This document shows, one piece after another, positions 20,074-29,688 of a DNA stretch of 64,000 bases. Source of the DNA: an uncultured Gammaproteobacteria bacterium. Lineage in GTDB: Bacteria > Patescibacteriota > Microgenomatia > Daviesbacterales > UBA10151. The notes below the pieces were generated by a model that was not told the DNA's origin, ran no database searches, and saw nothing but the letters and a program-made list of their open reading frames with translations. The DNA lies in contig CAZVEX010000005.1 of the NCBI GenBank assembly GCA_964625535.1, forward strand, positions 3,477 through 67,476, written 5' to 3'. Both the position numbers and the translations under genes were made by a program. Each line of letters opens with the position of its first letter. Positions within the stretch are counted from its first letter, which is position 1.

Positions 20074-21222
20074 TTATATACCAGCTCCGTTGGCGAAACA
20101 ATATTCTCTTGGCGCATCTTTTAAATTTTGGGCAAGTGCTTCAATTTGAGGCAGGCCTTTCAAAAATTCAATATTCCCCATACTATCTATATGAGATTTA
20201 AGATGAGCACAAAAATAACTCTGATATCTTACCCATACCTGCTGCTGGGTTAATCCGAACCTCTCGTGAAAAAGTCTTTCCAAATCAGCATATTTTTTAA
20301 CTTGATCCTGCTCTTGTTGATCCTTTATTCCACAACTTTGGGCAAAAGATAAAAGTACCTTCCTGTAAGCTTCAACCATGACTTTATACCACTCATCTAT
20401 AGAGGCTCCTGTCCTTGATCCATCAGCACTCAAATAACGCATGGTACTTTTTAAGTCCGGACGCCTTCTCCAAAAAAGATACATACAATCTTCTGAGGTT
20501 CGACCATTAGCTTCATAAAAAGGGTGGATTAAAATAAATGCCCATTGAAAAGCAGTAAGATAGTGGTAAACGCTGTCCCTTCGAACCTGCGGGTTGATCC
20601 CGTCTGGCGGAAAAAGCCCATCCATTTTATCCCCCAGCCTTCTTAATAAACCCGGGGTATTTTCATAACTTGCCCCTGGCAGCAAGTAATCGTAATTGTA
20701 GATTTCCGTCGGTAAAAAAAGGGGGGAACGAATAATTCCGGCAATGTCTTTTGATTTGGGATCTTCCACATAAACCTTGGCTTGTGAAGGATCAAGAACA
20801 TAATGCTCTCTGCCTTTAGTATGAGCTCTGTGTATTAAAAGAATTTGACTAACAGTATCTATACCAAACCTTTGGCAAAGGGGGAGAAGATTCCCTCTAA
20901 TACGATCTGTGGCTAAAACTCTCTGTCTTTTTGCTTCAAGAGCTAACCCCGGAGGGTGGGTAACTGTCCAAGACAGACGATCTATAAGCTTGTCACTTGT
21001 CCGCAAACCTTCAAGCATCAGCGGTACCCACAAACCTTCTTCGTCTTGACTATCACTAGCCCAAGCTAAACGATTGGAAAATACATCTAGTCCTTCCACC
21101 ACACAATCCTTCACATACTGCAGGCGGGCCTTGACACCTTGCATTATTGATCCTAGCCCGTTCCCAAAATCAATTTCATGCGACATGTCAGAGTGTTTTT
21201 CTTCGCCCTTCTGGGGGGACAT
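20074..21222 (-). CDS. Fic/Doc-domain protein
   Basis: IHPFYEANGRTS matches the Fic core HPFx(D/E)xNGR. Confidence 0.72.
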   Translation of the reverse strand: MSPQKGEEKHSDMSHEIDFGNGLGSIMQGVKARLQYVKDCVVEGLDVFSNRLAWASDSQDEEGLWVPLMLEGLRTSDKLIDRLSWTVTHPPGLALEAKRQRVLATDRIRGNLLPLCQRFGIDTVSQILLIHRAHTKGREHYVLDPSQAKVYVEDPKSKDIAGIIRSPLFLPTEIYNYDYLLPGASYENTPGLLRRLGDKMDGLFPPDGINPQVRRDSVYHYLTAFQWAFILIHPFYEANGRTSEDCMYLFWRRRPDLKSTMRYLSADGSRTGASIDEWYKVMVEAYRKVLLSFAQSCGIKDQQEQDQVKKYADLERLFHERFGLTQQQVWVRYQSYFCAHLKSHIDSMGNIEFLKGLPQIEALAQNLKDAPREYCFANGAGI

Positions 21223-21487
21223 TAAAAAGCGAAACCCCCTTAATTAATACTGCTACGGAGGCTAAAAGGAGTGTAGGACTACCAATTGCATCAGCAACAC
21301 GGAAAAGCGCATACGAGGCCAGCATATAAAACGGCCAAGTGAATCTTTCTGTAGATAATGGCTCTTCTGCCAGATCTCTGCCTACAAATTCTCCGTCAGA
21401 GGTAAACACCAGTGTTGATAGTTGACGATCTAAAGACGCTTTTCCAGGAAGGCTGCTTAGAATATGCCTTTCTGCTTCATGAATCAT
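21188..21487 (-). CDS. Hypothetical small membrane protein
   Basis: Hydrophobic C-terminal half; own promoter TTGATT-17-TAAAAT ending 6 nt before ATG. Confidence 0.55.
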   Translation of the reverse strand: MIHEAERHILSSLPGKASLDRQLSTLVFTSDGEFVGRDLAEEPLSTERFTWPFYMLASYALFRVADAIGSPTLLLASVAVLIKGVSLFNVPPEGRRKTL

Positions 21488-21584
21488 GCAGGCATTTTAT
21501 CAGAGAGAGACAGTTAAATCAAAAATCTTGATCTATTTATTTATAGTTTCTCTATATTGCCAAGACAAAAAGCGTGGATTAGAT

Positions 21585-21603
21585 TGTGGATAAGTTTTCC
21601 ACA
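21585..21603. promoter_or_regulatory. Two DnaA boxes immediately upstream of the dnaA start (autoregulation)
   Basis: TGTGGATAA at 21585-21593 and TTTTCCACA at 21595-21603. Confidence 0.85.
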
Positions 21604-22920
21604 ATGGATAATCTGAAAATCTGGCACAAATTCTTAGAAACTATTAAGCCGCAGGTAAGTCCTGTCAACTTTAAAGGATGGTTTTCCCAAATAAAACTGG
21701 ATTCCATTAAAGACGATAAGATCACTTTTTCCGCGCCTCACGCTTTTATTAAAGAAACTTTAACGCAAAGGCATCTACCTCTTATGGAAAAAGCCGTTGA
21801 AGACGTGATGGGTAAAAAAATGCAAGTTGAGATCACAGTCAAAAAACAAAGTAACACCCGACCTGATGAGGAAGAAGGGTTTTTCCAACCGATTCAACCA
21901 ACAACATCCGCTCTTAATCCCAAATATACCCTGGAAAATTTTGTGGTTGGTTTATCAAATAACCTGGCTTATGCCGCAGCCCAGGCTGTGGTACAAAACC
22001 CCGGAGTCTCTTATAATCCTTTATTTGTCTACGGCGGTACAGGAGTAGGGAAAACTCATTTAATGCTGGGTATTGGTAATGCCCTGTTAAAAACAGCGTC
22101 CCACTTAAAAATAATTTACTGCTCTTCGGAAAAATTCATGAACGATTACGTGGAGGCAATTCAAACTCACCGCATGGGGAATTTAAGAACAAAATACCGC
22201 TCGGCTCATGTTTTATTAATTGACGACATCCAGTTTTTCTCCGGCAGGGAAGGCACGCAGGAAGAATTTTTCCACACTTTTAACGAGCTGCAGGGGAAAA
22301 ACTCGCAGATAGTTTTAACGTCGGACCGCCCGCCCAATGAAATTGCCAAACTGGAGGATCGTTTAAAAAGCCGGTTTGCAGGAGGATTAATGGTGGATAT
22401 TCAATTTCCGGATTTTGATACCAGAGTGGCAATTTTACAAGCCAAGTGTGCGGAGCGCGGGGAGAGCCTGCCTGAAGAATCCTTAAAACTGATTGCCTCT
22501 TCCATGGAATCAAATATCAGAGAGCTGGAGGGAAAACTAATCCAGCTTCTGCAGGCTCTTAAAACCCATAATCTTCCTCCAACTGCGGAAAATATTGCTC
22601 CTTATCTTTCCCAACAGGTTAAAAATAATCTTAAAATTGACCACAAAAAAATACTGGACAGCATCTGCGCTTTTTTTAATTTAAGCCTGAAAGATCTGGC
22701 GGGCCCTAAAAGACAAAAAGAGCTGGTTTTACCAAGACATCTCGCCATGTATATCCTCTGCGAAGAATTAAACATGACAGTGGAAAAAATAGGGCAGATC
22801 CTGGGCGGGCGGGATCACACCACAGTAATGCACGGCCGAGACAGAATTAAGCAGCTGGTTAACTCCGATAGAGAAGTACAAAGACTGCTGATAGAAGTCC
22901 GGCAAAAAGCAATTAGTTAA
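21604..22920 (+). CDS. dnaA: Chromosomal replication initiator
   Basis: YNPLFVYGGTGVGKTHL, LLIDDIQF, QEEFFHTFN, NIRELEG, GGRDHTTVMH; start moved to ATG 21604. Confidence 0.98.
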   Translation: MDNLKIWHKFLETIKPQVSPVNFKGWFSQIKLDSIKDDKITFSAPHAFIKETLTQRHLPLMEKAVEDVMGKKMQVEITVKKQSNTRPDEEEGFFQPIQPTTSALNPKYTLENFVVGLSNNLAYAAAQAVVQNPGVSYNPLFVYGGTGVGKTHLMLGIGNALLKTASHLKIIYCSSEKFMNDYVEAIQTHRMGNLRTKYRSAHVLLIDDIQFFSGREGTQEEFFHTFNELQGKNSQIVLTSDRPPNEIAKLEDRLKSRFAGGLMVDIQFPDFDTRVAILQAKCAERGESLPEESLKLIASSMESNIRELEGKLIQLLQALKTHNLPPTAENIAPYLSQQVKNNLKIDHKKILDSICAFFNLSLKDLAGPKRQKELVLPRHLAMYILCEELNMTVEKIGQILGGRDHTTVMHGRDRIKQLVNSDREVQRLLIEVRQKAIS

Positions 22921-23085
22921 GTTATCCACCAACGCTGGGTCTTTTCCACAAGTTATCCACAAATTATAAACAGCTAATTAACATAAAAAGTTTTAAGTTT
23001 TAAGTTTTAAGTTTTAAGTTATCCACATATCCACCATACATATAAATATGACTATTATTATTAAAAAGATAGTGTATAATTCTAA
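22921..23085. other. Probable replication origin oriC
   Basis: DnaA boxes TTATCCACC (22922), TTTTCCACA (22942), TTATCCACA (22953), TTATCCACA (23019) and ATATCCACC (23027), then an AT-rich DUE-like tract with TAT trinucleotide repeats; an (AAGTTTT)x4 tract lies between the boxes. Confidence 0.88.
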
Positions 23086-23102
23086 AACAAAAGTGGAAAA
23101 GT

Positions 23103-23555
23103 ATGGACATTAACTGGATTTTAGTTTTAATTATCCTGGCAGGACTTGTCATAGTTTATTTAATGGGTAGGTTACACGGAAAACCCAAGGCAGACATACC
23201 TTCTGATTTAATTGATTTATATAAGGGCTTGCAGGATTTACCGGCCAAAGTTTTACAGGTTATTCAGGGGTCGATTAACCCCCAAAAAGGTAAAATGGCC
23301 GAGCTTTTGACTTACGCCGAACTGCGTTATGACTATGACCGGATCATCCCTTTGGGCTGGCCGATTGATTTTATCGGCATTAAAAATAACCAGCAGATAG
23401 ATTTTATAGAGGTTAAATCCGGAGCTTCCCTCTTGACAGAAGAGGAAAAACACATTAAAAACCTAATTGCGGCCGGAAGGGTCCATTTTAGGCTGATTAA
23501 AGTAACGGAAGAAGAGGTGCACAAGTTTGTAACTACCCGGAAAGGTATGGAATGA
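23103..23555 (+). CDS. Membrane-anchored Holliday-junction-resolvase-like PD-(D/E)xK endonuclease (Endonuc_Holl-like)
   Basis: N-terminal TM helix; G..AE, LGWPIDFI, FIEVKSG..LT.EEK.IK..I..G.V.F. Confidence 0.72.
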   Translation: MDINWILVLIILAGLVIVYLMGRLHGKPKADIPSDLIDLYKGLQDLPAKVLQVIQGSINPQKGKMAELLTYAELRYDYDRIIPLGWPIDFIGIKNNQQIDFIEVKSGASLLTEEEKHIKNLIAAGRVHFRLIKVTEEEVHKFVTTRKGME

Positions 23556-23556
23556 A

Positions 23557-24657
23557 ATGAAATTCCAAATATTGCAACAAGATTTGCTGCCTGCGCTGCA
23601 GGCTGCTACCCGCAGCGTGGGGGTGAGGGCTACTTTGCCGGTTTTGGAAAATATCCTTTTGTCTGTTGAGGGTGGCAAATTAAAAATTGCCGCAACCAAT
23701 TTGGAAATCGGCATTATGAAATTTGTTCGTGTAAAAGAAGCAGCGGCAGGGGAAGTGACAATTCCTGCCAAGTTATTGCTTGAGGTTGTTTCCGGCTTGG
23801 GGCCAAGCGAGGTGGAGATGGAGTCAAGTAATGAAATTTTAGTAGTAGCAAGCGGCAAGTTCAAAGCCACCTTAAATGGGATCGCCGCCGGGGAGTTCCC
23901 GGCCATACCCTTAACAGACGGCAAAGGCATAACTTTTTCCAAAGAAGTATTGTTGGGCTGCGGACAAATCCTTTTTGCTGCGGCAGTGGACGAGGGCCGG
24001 CCGGTTTTAACAGGAGTTTTGACAGACGTCGGGGAGGAGAAAATAGATTTTGTGGCCACAGATGGTTTCCGGTTAGCTCACAGGCAGGTTGGTTTGCCTA
24101 AAGGAACCAAGCCGTTTAAGAGTCTGATCCCCAAAAGAACATTTGAAGAATTGCTGCGCGTTATTGGCGAGGATGAAGCAGAATCAGTCAACATTTCTCC
24201 CTCGCAGAACCAAAACCAGATAGTTTTTTCCGTTGGTAAAACAGTAGTTTCCTCGAGGTTGATAGAGGGTTCTTTCCCCGCCTGGGAGAAAATTATTCCC
24301 AGCCAAACCGTTGGCCGGGCGCTGGTGGACAAAGACGAGTTCTCAAGGGCGCTGAAGCTGGCGGCGGTGTTTGGCAAAAACGAGGCCAATATTGTGGTTT
24401 TAACCTCCCAGGAGAATAAACTAACTTTGGCCTCGTCGGTCAAGGAAGTGGGCAGTCAGGAAAACGAGGTGGAGGCTCAAGTTGAAGGAGATAGTTTGCA
24501 AGTTGCTTTTAACACCAGGTTTTTACAAGATGTTGTTTCCGCTTCTCCTTCCAGTCAGCTGATGATTGAATTTTCCGGGGCCCTGCAACCGGCTTTAATC
24601 AAACCAGTGGGAGAAGAAGGCTTGGAATACATTGTTATGCCTGTTCGTCTGTCTTAA
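23557..24657 (+). CDS. dnaN: DNA polymerase III beta clamp
   Basis: ATNLE, RPVLTGV, ATDGFRLA, SRLIEG.FP, YIVMPVR. Confidence 0.98.
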   Translation: MKFQILQQDLLPALQAATRSVGVRATLPVLENILLSVEGGKLKIAATNLEIGIMKFVRVKEAAAGEVTIPAKLLLEVVSGLGPSEVEMESSNEILVVASGKFKATLNGIAAGEFPAIPLTDGKGITFSKEVLLGCGQILFAAAVDEGRPVLTGVLTDVGEEKIDFVATDGFRLAHRQVGLPKGTKPFKSLIPKRTFEELLRVIGEDEAESVNISPSQNQNQIVFSVGKTVVSSRLIEGSFPAWEKIIPSQTVGRALVDKDEFSRALKLAAVFGKNEANIVVLTSQENKLTLASSVKEVGSQENEVEAQVEGDSLQVAFNTRFLQDVVSASPSSQLMIEFSGALQPALIKPVGEEGLEYIVMPVRLS

Positions 24658-25082
24658 AATCCCCGGTATTTGATGGTGCGGAAATGAAAAACTTCTTCTC
24701 TAACAAGTCTTGCCCCGCCTTCAAACTTGCTGTCCGCCATGATAAACAGGGTATAGGTAGTGCCCAGTTCGTAGGGGCTAACAGGTATGATTTTGGCGGT
24801 TTTACGGTCACCCGAAAGCTCCACTCTATAATCTGTTTTTGGTTCTATTCTTATTTTAAATTCAGGTACATTTTCCAGCGGTCTGGAAAATGTCAGCTCA
24901 ATTGTCTCGGTTGAGGAAACAATGGTTTCGTCCAGAGGATCAGGTTTGGTGGAAACTATTCTGGGAATTTCCGGCAAGGAAGAAGGAGCTGGTTTTGTTC
25001 TGTTTGATCCTTGCCTTGATCCCAATAGGACCACAACAATTATAAGTATTATAATCGTTATAAATATTATATTTTTTTTCAT
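24654..25082 (-). CDS. Membrane-anchored Ig-like (Big_5-type) domain protein, last gene of the T4SS-like block
   Basis: N-terminal TM helix; IVST.P, IELTFSRP, I.P..P...GTTYTL.I, F.T; ATGA coupling to the upstream gene. Confidence 0.7.
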   Translation of the reverse strand: MKKNIIFITIIILIIVVVLLGSRQGSNRTKPAPSSLPEIPRIVSTKPDPLDETIVSSTETIELTFSRPLENVPEFKIRIEPKTDYRVELSGDRKTAKIIPVSPYELGTTYTLFIMADSKFEGGARLVREEVFHFRTIKYRGF

Positions 25083-27169
25083 TGGCAAAGGTTAAAATAG
25101 GTATCTGCCGGTTTGAATTCTCCATTTTCTTGGATGGTAATATGGACATGAGCCCCATAAGGGTTACTCTGGTAATATTTGCCGATTAGCTTATTTGATT
25201 GAGCTTGTGAACCCAATATTAAATCTGGCGGGATAGATTCAAGGTGAACAAACCGGATGCGATAATGTTTTCCCTCGGCAATAGTGGTAGCCACAAAATC
25301 TTCTCCACCGCCTTCGGCGTCAGATATTGTCTTGGAAGCTTCAGTCACATTCCAGGTGACCTCTTTCCCGTTGATGACGGGAAGATAGACAGAAGGAAAT
25401 GTGCCGACAATATCCACAGCCTTATCTCTGCCTGTATAGCCGGCTTCCCCCACGGTGCAGCCCTGGCTGCCATATTGTTGCACATAAGAAGGACTGCAAT
25501 GTCCTCCGGTTTCTTTTGATCCGTTGGTTATTCTACCGGCTGCTACAGGGCAGCCAATGATGTTTGTACCGGGGGCGGATGAGGCCTGACAGTTTTGCAG
25601 ATCTTGCCAGGTCTCTTCACAATAACTAAAGTTTCCATAAGCACAACTGTTATAATACCTGTTAATAGCCGTGGTAACTTGATCCTTGGTAGGTTGGGTG
25701 GTGATACCATTAGATTTTAATTTTTCAGCAGCAATCGATAAGCTTTCCGTCAGACTGCATAAATTTTTTCCAGGATTATAGACATCAATTATTTGCATTA
25801 GACCAACAGCTTTGGCAGTTCTGGCACCCTGGGCTATTTCTTCGCCGGTGCATGCTCCATCATGAGAGAACTGGCCGGATTTTTCGCAGAAAGTAGAACC
25901 TTCCTGACAATAGTTATTAGATTTAATGGCATCATGGTTATCATCTGCATTAGCCACCAAATTAGCACTTTCATGCATGGCTACACTGGCCAAAATAGCA
26001 GCCGGCACACCTGATTGGGCAGCAGCATTATTGACCCAACTCATTAGGCTGGAGCTTTTAATCGGTAAAGAATTACCGGATCTGGTAAATTTACAGTTGC
26101 TAAGATCTGCGACGGGTGTGGTAGATCCTCCTCCGGGTGAAGGGGTGGTAGTTTGGCTAGGGGGGGAGGTGATTGCCAAAAAGGCCAAAATCAGTAATAC
26201 CAGCAGGCCAAAAATTAAAAACTTTTTGCCCGGGCCGGGTATGGAAAGGCGCGAAGCTGAATTGGACAATCTGGCCCCGGCATTAATGGCTCCACTGCCC
26301 ACCCCCCCAAAAAACCTAGTCGCTCCGCCGCTTCTGATCCATGAGGGCAGCAGCGCTCCCAAGCCCCCTCCCCCTAATGCTCCCAAGGGCCCAAAACTCG
26401 CTCCGGCAATGCCGCCAATTCCCCCTGATGCCAATGTCCCAATTCTCATGGCAGTTAAATTTCTCTTGATAAAAACACCGGTTCTGGAAGCCAGATTTTT
26501 GCCGAATGATTTGATACCGGTAGGGAAATTAAACCGGGAAGCTCGCGGTATGGCATGTTCTCTGACCCCGCCTTTTTCGGCCACCCATATTTTTGATGGA
26601 GGTTTTTCTACAATTTTTCCGCTGCCGGTTGCCCTGACTAGTTTTGACGCATCCCCGGCTTCTCTGATTGCTCCTGTACTGGTGGCAGTGACCAAGTCTG
26701 ATTTGGCGCGTTCTACAATATGAATAACACGGGGGCGGCGGTAAGAAGAAATGGAAGGACCTGATGGCAAACCTATTCCAGGAAACCCTCCTGCTGCCCC
26801 TGCAGGTTGTTCTGACGGGCCGGCGGGCGGCGGCACTTCCTCTGCACCTGCTGGTTGTTCACCAACTACCTCAACCGGCTTTTCCTCCAATACTTTTGTT
26901 ATTTCGGTTTGTTGTTGAAGAGTTAAGTTTCCCAGCAGGCGTTTTATTTTATTGGGGTCTGACAGATACTTGGTGATGAACTCATCATCTTTTCCCTGAA
27001 GATCAGGGAACTGACGAAGCAAATCAAGACAATGGGTTTTATCAATAGGTATTCGTTCGCCATTCATCACCACAAAGGAAGGAATTTGTTTTAGATTGAA
27101 GCGGTTCTCCTGCAACGCTTTAAAAAATGCTTTAAGCTGTATAAAATCAACAGGCTTTAAATAATCCAT
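25079..27169 (-). CDS. Membrane-anchored cell-wall hydrolase: SLT/lysozyme-like domain plus M23-like domain (VirB1 analogue)
   Basis: TM helix; AAAQSGVP.AILASVAMHES, AVGLMQI, YYN (SLT); AVDI, FVHL, HVHITI (M23-like). Confidence 0.72.
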   Translation of the reverse strand: MDYLKPVDFIQLKAFFKALQENRFNLKQIPSFVVMNGERIPIDKTHCLDLLRQFPDLQGKDDEFITKYLSDPNKIKRLLGNLTLQQQTEITKVLEEKPVEVVGEQPAGAEEVPPPAGPSEQPAGAAGGFPGIGLPSGPSISSYRRPRVIHIVERAKSDLVTATSTGAIREAGDASKLVRATGSGKIVEKPPSKIWVAEKGGVREHAIPRASRFNFPTGIKSFGKNLASRTGVFIKRNLTAMRIGTLASGGIGGIAGASFGPLGALGGGGLGALLPSWIRSGGATRFFGGVGSGAINAGARLSNSASRLSIPGPGKKFLIFGLLVLLILAFLAITSPPSQTTTPSPGGGSTTPVADLSNCKFTRSGNSLPIKSSSLMSWVNNAAAQSGVPAAILASVAMHESANLVANADDNHDAIKSNNYCQEGSTFCEKSGQFSHDGACTGEEIAQGARTAKAVGLMQIIDVYNPGKNLCSLTESLSIAAEKLKSNGITTQPTKDQVTTAINRYYNSCAYGNFSYCEETWQDLQNCQASSAPGTNIIGCPVAAGRITNGSKETGGHCSPSYVQQYGSQGCTVGEAGYTGRDKAVDIVGTFPSVYLPVINGKEVTWNVTEASKTISDAEGGGEDFVATTIAEGKHYRIRFVHLESIPPDLILGSQAQSNKLIGKYYQSNPYGAHVHITIQENGEFKPADTYFNLCQ

Positions 27170-27184
27170 AAGATAAAAGTATCA

Positions 27185-28963
27185 CTAAACGTTCCCTCTT
27201 GCCAGTATTTCTTGCGGATTAGAGGTAATGAGCTGATGTTCCTCCGGGGAGGCCACCACCCGCATGGCTACATGGGTGTTGCCAGCAAAAAACAAGCCTT
27301 GACCGATCCCTTCAGACAGCAACAATCTTTGTTCCCCCTCGGACAAATTAAAAACTTGGGCCAGAAGGTCAATGGAAACAGGAGCCTGTTTTAAAAGTAC
27401 CTGAATTGACGAGTTGGAAATTATTTCCTTACCCCGATCTCCACCCAGAAAATCTTCCACATCTTGAGTTATGGTGGTTAAACCCAGATAATATTTTCTG
27501 GCCCGCTTGGCCATGTCCACCAGAAAATTGGCAGAGTCTTCATTTCTCATTAAATACCAGGCTTCATCCACGATCATGATTCTTTTCTTGAGCTTGCTCC
27601 TTACCTTAGTCCAGACATAATCCAGGATCATATGCATGGCTAAAGGCCGCAGCTGATCGGCCAGGTCCCTGACGGAAAAGACCGTGAAGGAGTTAGCAAT
27701 GTCAATGTTGGATTGGGCGGAAAAAATGCCGGCTAAAGAGCCTTTAATAAACCTTTCCAGACGGACCGACAGTTCCATGGCCGCAGGTTCTTCCATGCCA
27801 ACCAGCACTTTATACAAATCTTCCATTAAGGGAGGCCCGCCTGTGCCGGGTTGGGTTTTGGGATCATCGGTAATGCCTTTTAAGGCGTAAGTTTGTTTCA
27901 AAGCCCGATCCAGCAGGGCAGCCTCTCCCGCGGAAAGTTGCCCCAAAACCAGTTTTAAAAAGGCAGTCAAAGATAAAATTTTCCTGCCCAGCTGGTTTTC
28001 GCCGGTAGTGTCTTGGGACAAGTCAAAGGGGTTGATTTTAACCGGAGAAGAAGAGGAAAAATTAATGAATTCTCCTCCCACCGCTTCGCAGAGAGGTAAA
28101 TATTCCTGTTCCGGGTCAATCACAATGATTTCCGTGCCAAACATCAAAGATCGCAAAGCTTCTAATTTTACAAAATAACTTTTTCCCGCGCCGGCTTTGG
28201 CAAAAACCACCGAATTGGCATTTTCCAGGGAGAAACGGTCAAACAGAATTAAAGAGTCATTGTGCTCATTGATGCCGTACATCACTCCCTCATTGGCAGT
28301 TAGTTCGGAGGAAGCAAAGGGAAAAGTGGTGGCCAGGGAAGTGGTGTCCATATTGTGAGTAAAATTTAAAAGGTCTGCGCCCTGGGGCAAGGTTGATTTA
28401 AAGCCGTCTTCCATTTGCAAAGTGGTGGGTTGGGTGGTAATGGAGAGCGAAGCCAGAGTGGATTCTATTAGTCTGGAGGTGTTATGCAGTTCGTCAAGAG
28501 AGGAGGCAGGTATTGTCACATACAAGGCAAAATCAAAAAACCTCTCCGCGCCCCTGACCAGCTGATCCTGCAGAGAGCGGGCATCTTCCAAAGCCACCTC
28601 CACTGCCGGGTCAATGGCTTTACCTCGCTCAAGATCGGTTTGAATGGTGGCTTCCATTTCGGCAATTTTTCTTTTCAACTCATCCAGCACTCCGGATGAA
28701 GGCGAGGGATAGATGAACATGGAAATAAGCAGGGAATGGTCAAAAGAAATTAGCGGTTCCAGCCAATTGGATTCCACAAACCTGGGATAATTTGAGACAA
28801 AATATGTGCGAAAATAGCGGTTATTGATTCTTAAATTATTAAAGTCAACCTCTATTTCAGCCGGAGACACCACATCCTCCAGAGTTAACTGGGGAGGAAT
28901 TTTTTCTTCCTGAACTTTTGTATTTTTCAATAAGCTGGGTAACTTCATAATTTTAAATTTCAA
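27185..28963 (-). CDS. virB4: VirB4/TraC-family secretion ATPase
   Basis: NANSVVFAKAGAGKS, VIDPEQEY, INPFD, IVDEAW, RARKY, ITQDVEDF, G.GLFFAG. Confidence 0.9.
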   Translation of the reverse strand: MKFKIMKLPSLLKNTKVQEEKIPPQLTLEDVVSPAEIEVDFNNLRINNRYFRTYFVSNYPRFVESNWLEPLISFDHSLLISMFIYPSPSSGVLDELKRKIAEMEATIQTDLERGKAIDPAVEVALEDARSLQDQLVRGAERFFDFALYVTIPASSLDELHNTSRLIESTLASLSITTQPTTLQMEDGFKSTLPQGADLLNFTHNMDTTSLATTFPFASSELTANEGVMYGINEHNDSLILFDRFSLENANSVVFAKAGAGKSYFVKLEALRSLMFGTEIIVIDPEQEYLPLCEAVGGEFINFSSSSPVKINPFDLSQDTTGENQLGRKILSLTAFLKLVLGQLSAGEAALLDRALKQTYALKGITDDPKTQPGTGGPPLMEDLYKVLVGMEEPAAMELSVRLERFIKGSLAGIFSAQSNIDIANSFTVFSVRDLADQLRPLAMHMILDYVWTKVRSKLKKRIMIVDEAWYLMRNEDSANFLVDMAKRARKYYLGLTTITQDVEDFLGGDRGKEIISNSSIQVLLKQAPVSIDLLAQVFNLSEGEQRLLLSEGIGQGLFFAGNTHVAMRVVASPEEHQLITSNPQEILARGNV

Positions 28964-29688
28964 ATTGCATCCTCCAGTTCCTCCACCACAAAAGGGTGGG
29001 TTTTGACAATCTGGCTACTTAACGGAGGAGGATTATTAATGGCAGGTTTTTCTTGGACAGCAGGCGGCGGGGTAGGAGTGGACACAATCGGTTTAGGAGC
29101 ATTGAGTTTGACCGGTTGCGGCAGCGGAGTAAATTCTTCTCCACTACCGTTGTAAGCATTGTAAAAAAGCTCCAGTAGTTCCTTGCTTTGAAGCTGGGTG
29201 GCTTTTAGGCCAACACGGTTTAACTGTCTGATAACCTGATCGCGCCTTGGCAGAAGCACTGTTTTGACTTTTTGGTATAAGGCTTCTCTGGTAGGGATAA
29301 TCCCCAGCTCCAGCTTGGACAGAGGAATGACCACGTAGAATTTCTTATCCAACACCTCGTTTTCCTTAATGGTGGTTTGGATAAACTGGCGGTACGATGT
29401 CATCATAGCCGAAAGCAGTGGGTTGGTCTGGGCTTTTTGGGCATGATCCAGCAGGTTCAGATATGAGCTGATATTTAGTCTTTCCGACTGGATCACAATC
29501 TGAATGGCAAAGGACAGCGAATTTAACATTTGGGCAAAGCTGGCAATAATCCCTATTTGTTCTCTTTCCGATAACAGGCCAAAATTAACTGCGGAAACCT
29601 GCATTACCAGGGCGCCGCCGCCGTCTTTTAAAAGCAGTATATTGTCTTTAATATCGCTAATTAACAAATGTTCCTGGGTTGTGCTCAT
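28960..29688 (-). CDS. T4SS-associated protein resembling a TraC/VirB4 N-terminal partner
   Basis: STQEHL.I..IKD, VSAVNF.LLS..EQ, LNSLSF.IQI, KKFYVVIP; overlaps both prgI and virB4. Confidence 0.65.
   Translation of the reverse strand: MSTTQEHLLISDIKDNILLLKDGGGALVMQVSAVNFGLLSEREQIGIIASFAQMLNSLSFAIQIVIQSERLNISSYLNLLDHAQKAQTNPLLSAMMTSYRQFIQTTIKENEVLDKKFYVVIPLSKLELGIIPTREALYQKVKTVLLPRRDQVIRQLNRVGLKATQLQSKELLELFYNAYNGSGEEFTPLPQPVKLNAPKPIVSTPTPPPAVQEKPAINNPPPLSSQIVKTHPFVVEELEDAI

Noticed and set aside
21586-21603. ORF-track GTG start for dnaA
   Set aside because: These bases are two DnaA boxes; ATG 21604 is more plausible.
22988-23022. Short tandem repeats as a CRISPR array
   Set aside because: The units are 7 bp with no spacers, and no cas genes or 25-40 bp repeat-spacer pattern were seen anywhere in the window.
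25926-26723. 265-aa plus-strand ORF and other antisense ORFs (23463-24059, 19663-20034, 59868-60287 and similar)
   Set aside because: Shadow frames of well-supported genes on the opposite strand, with no motifs of their own.
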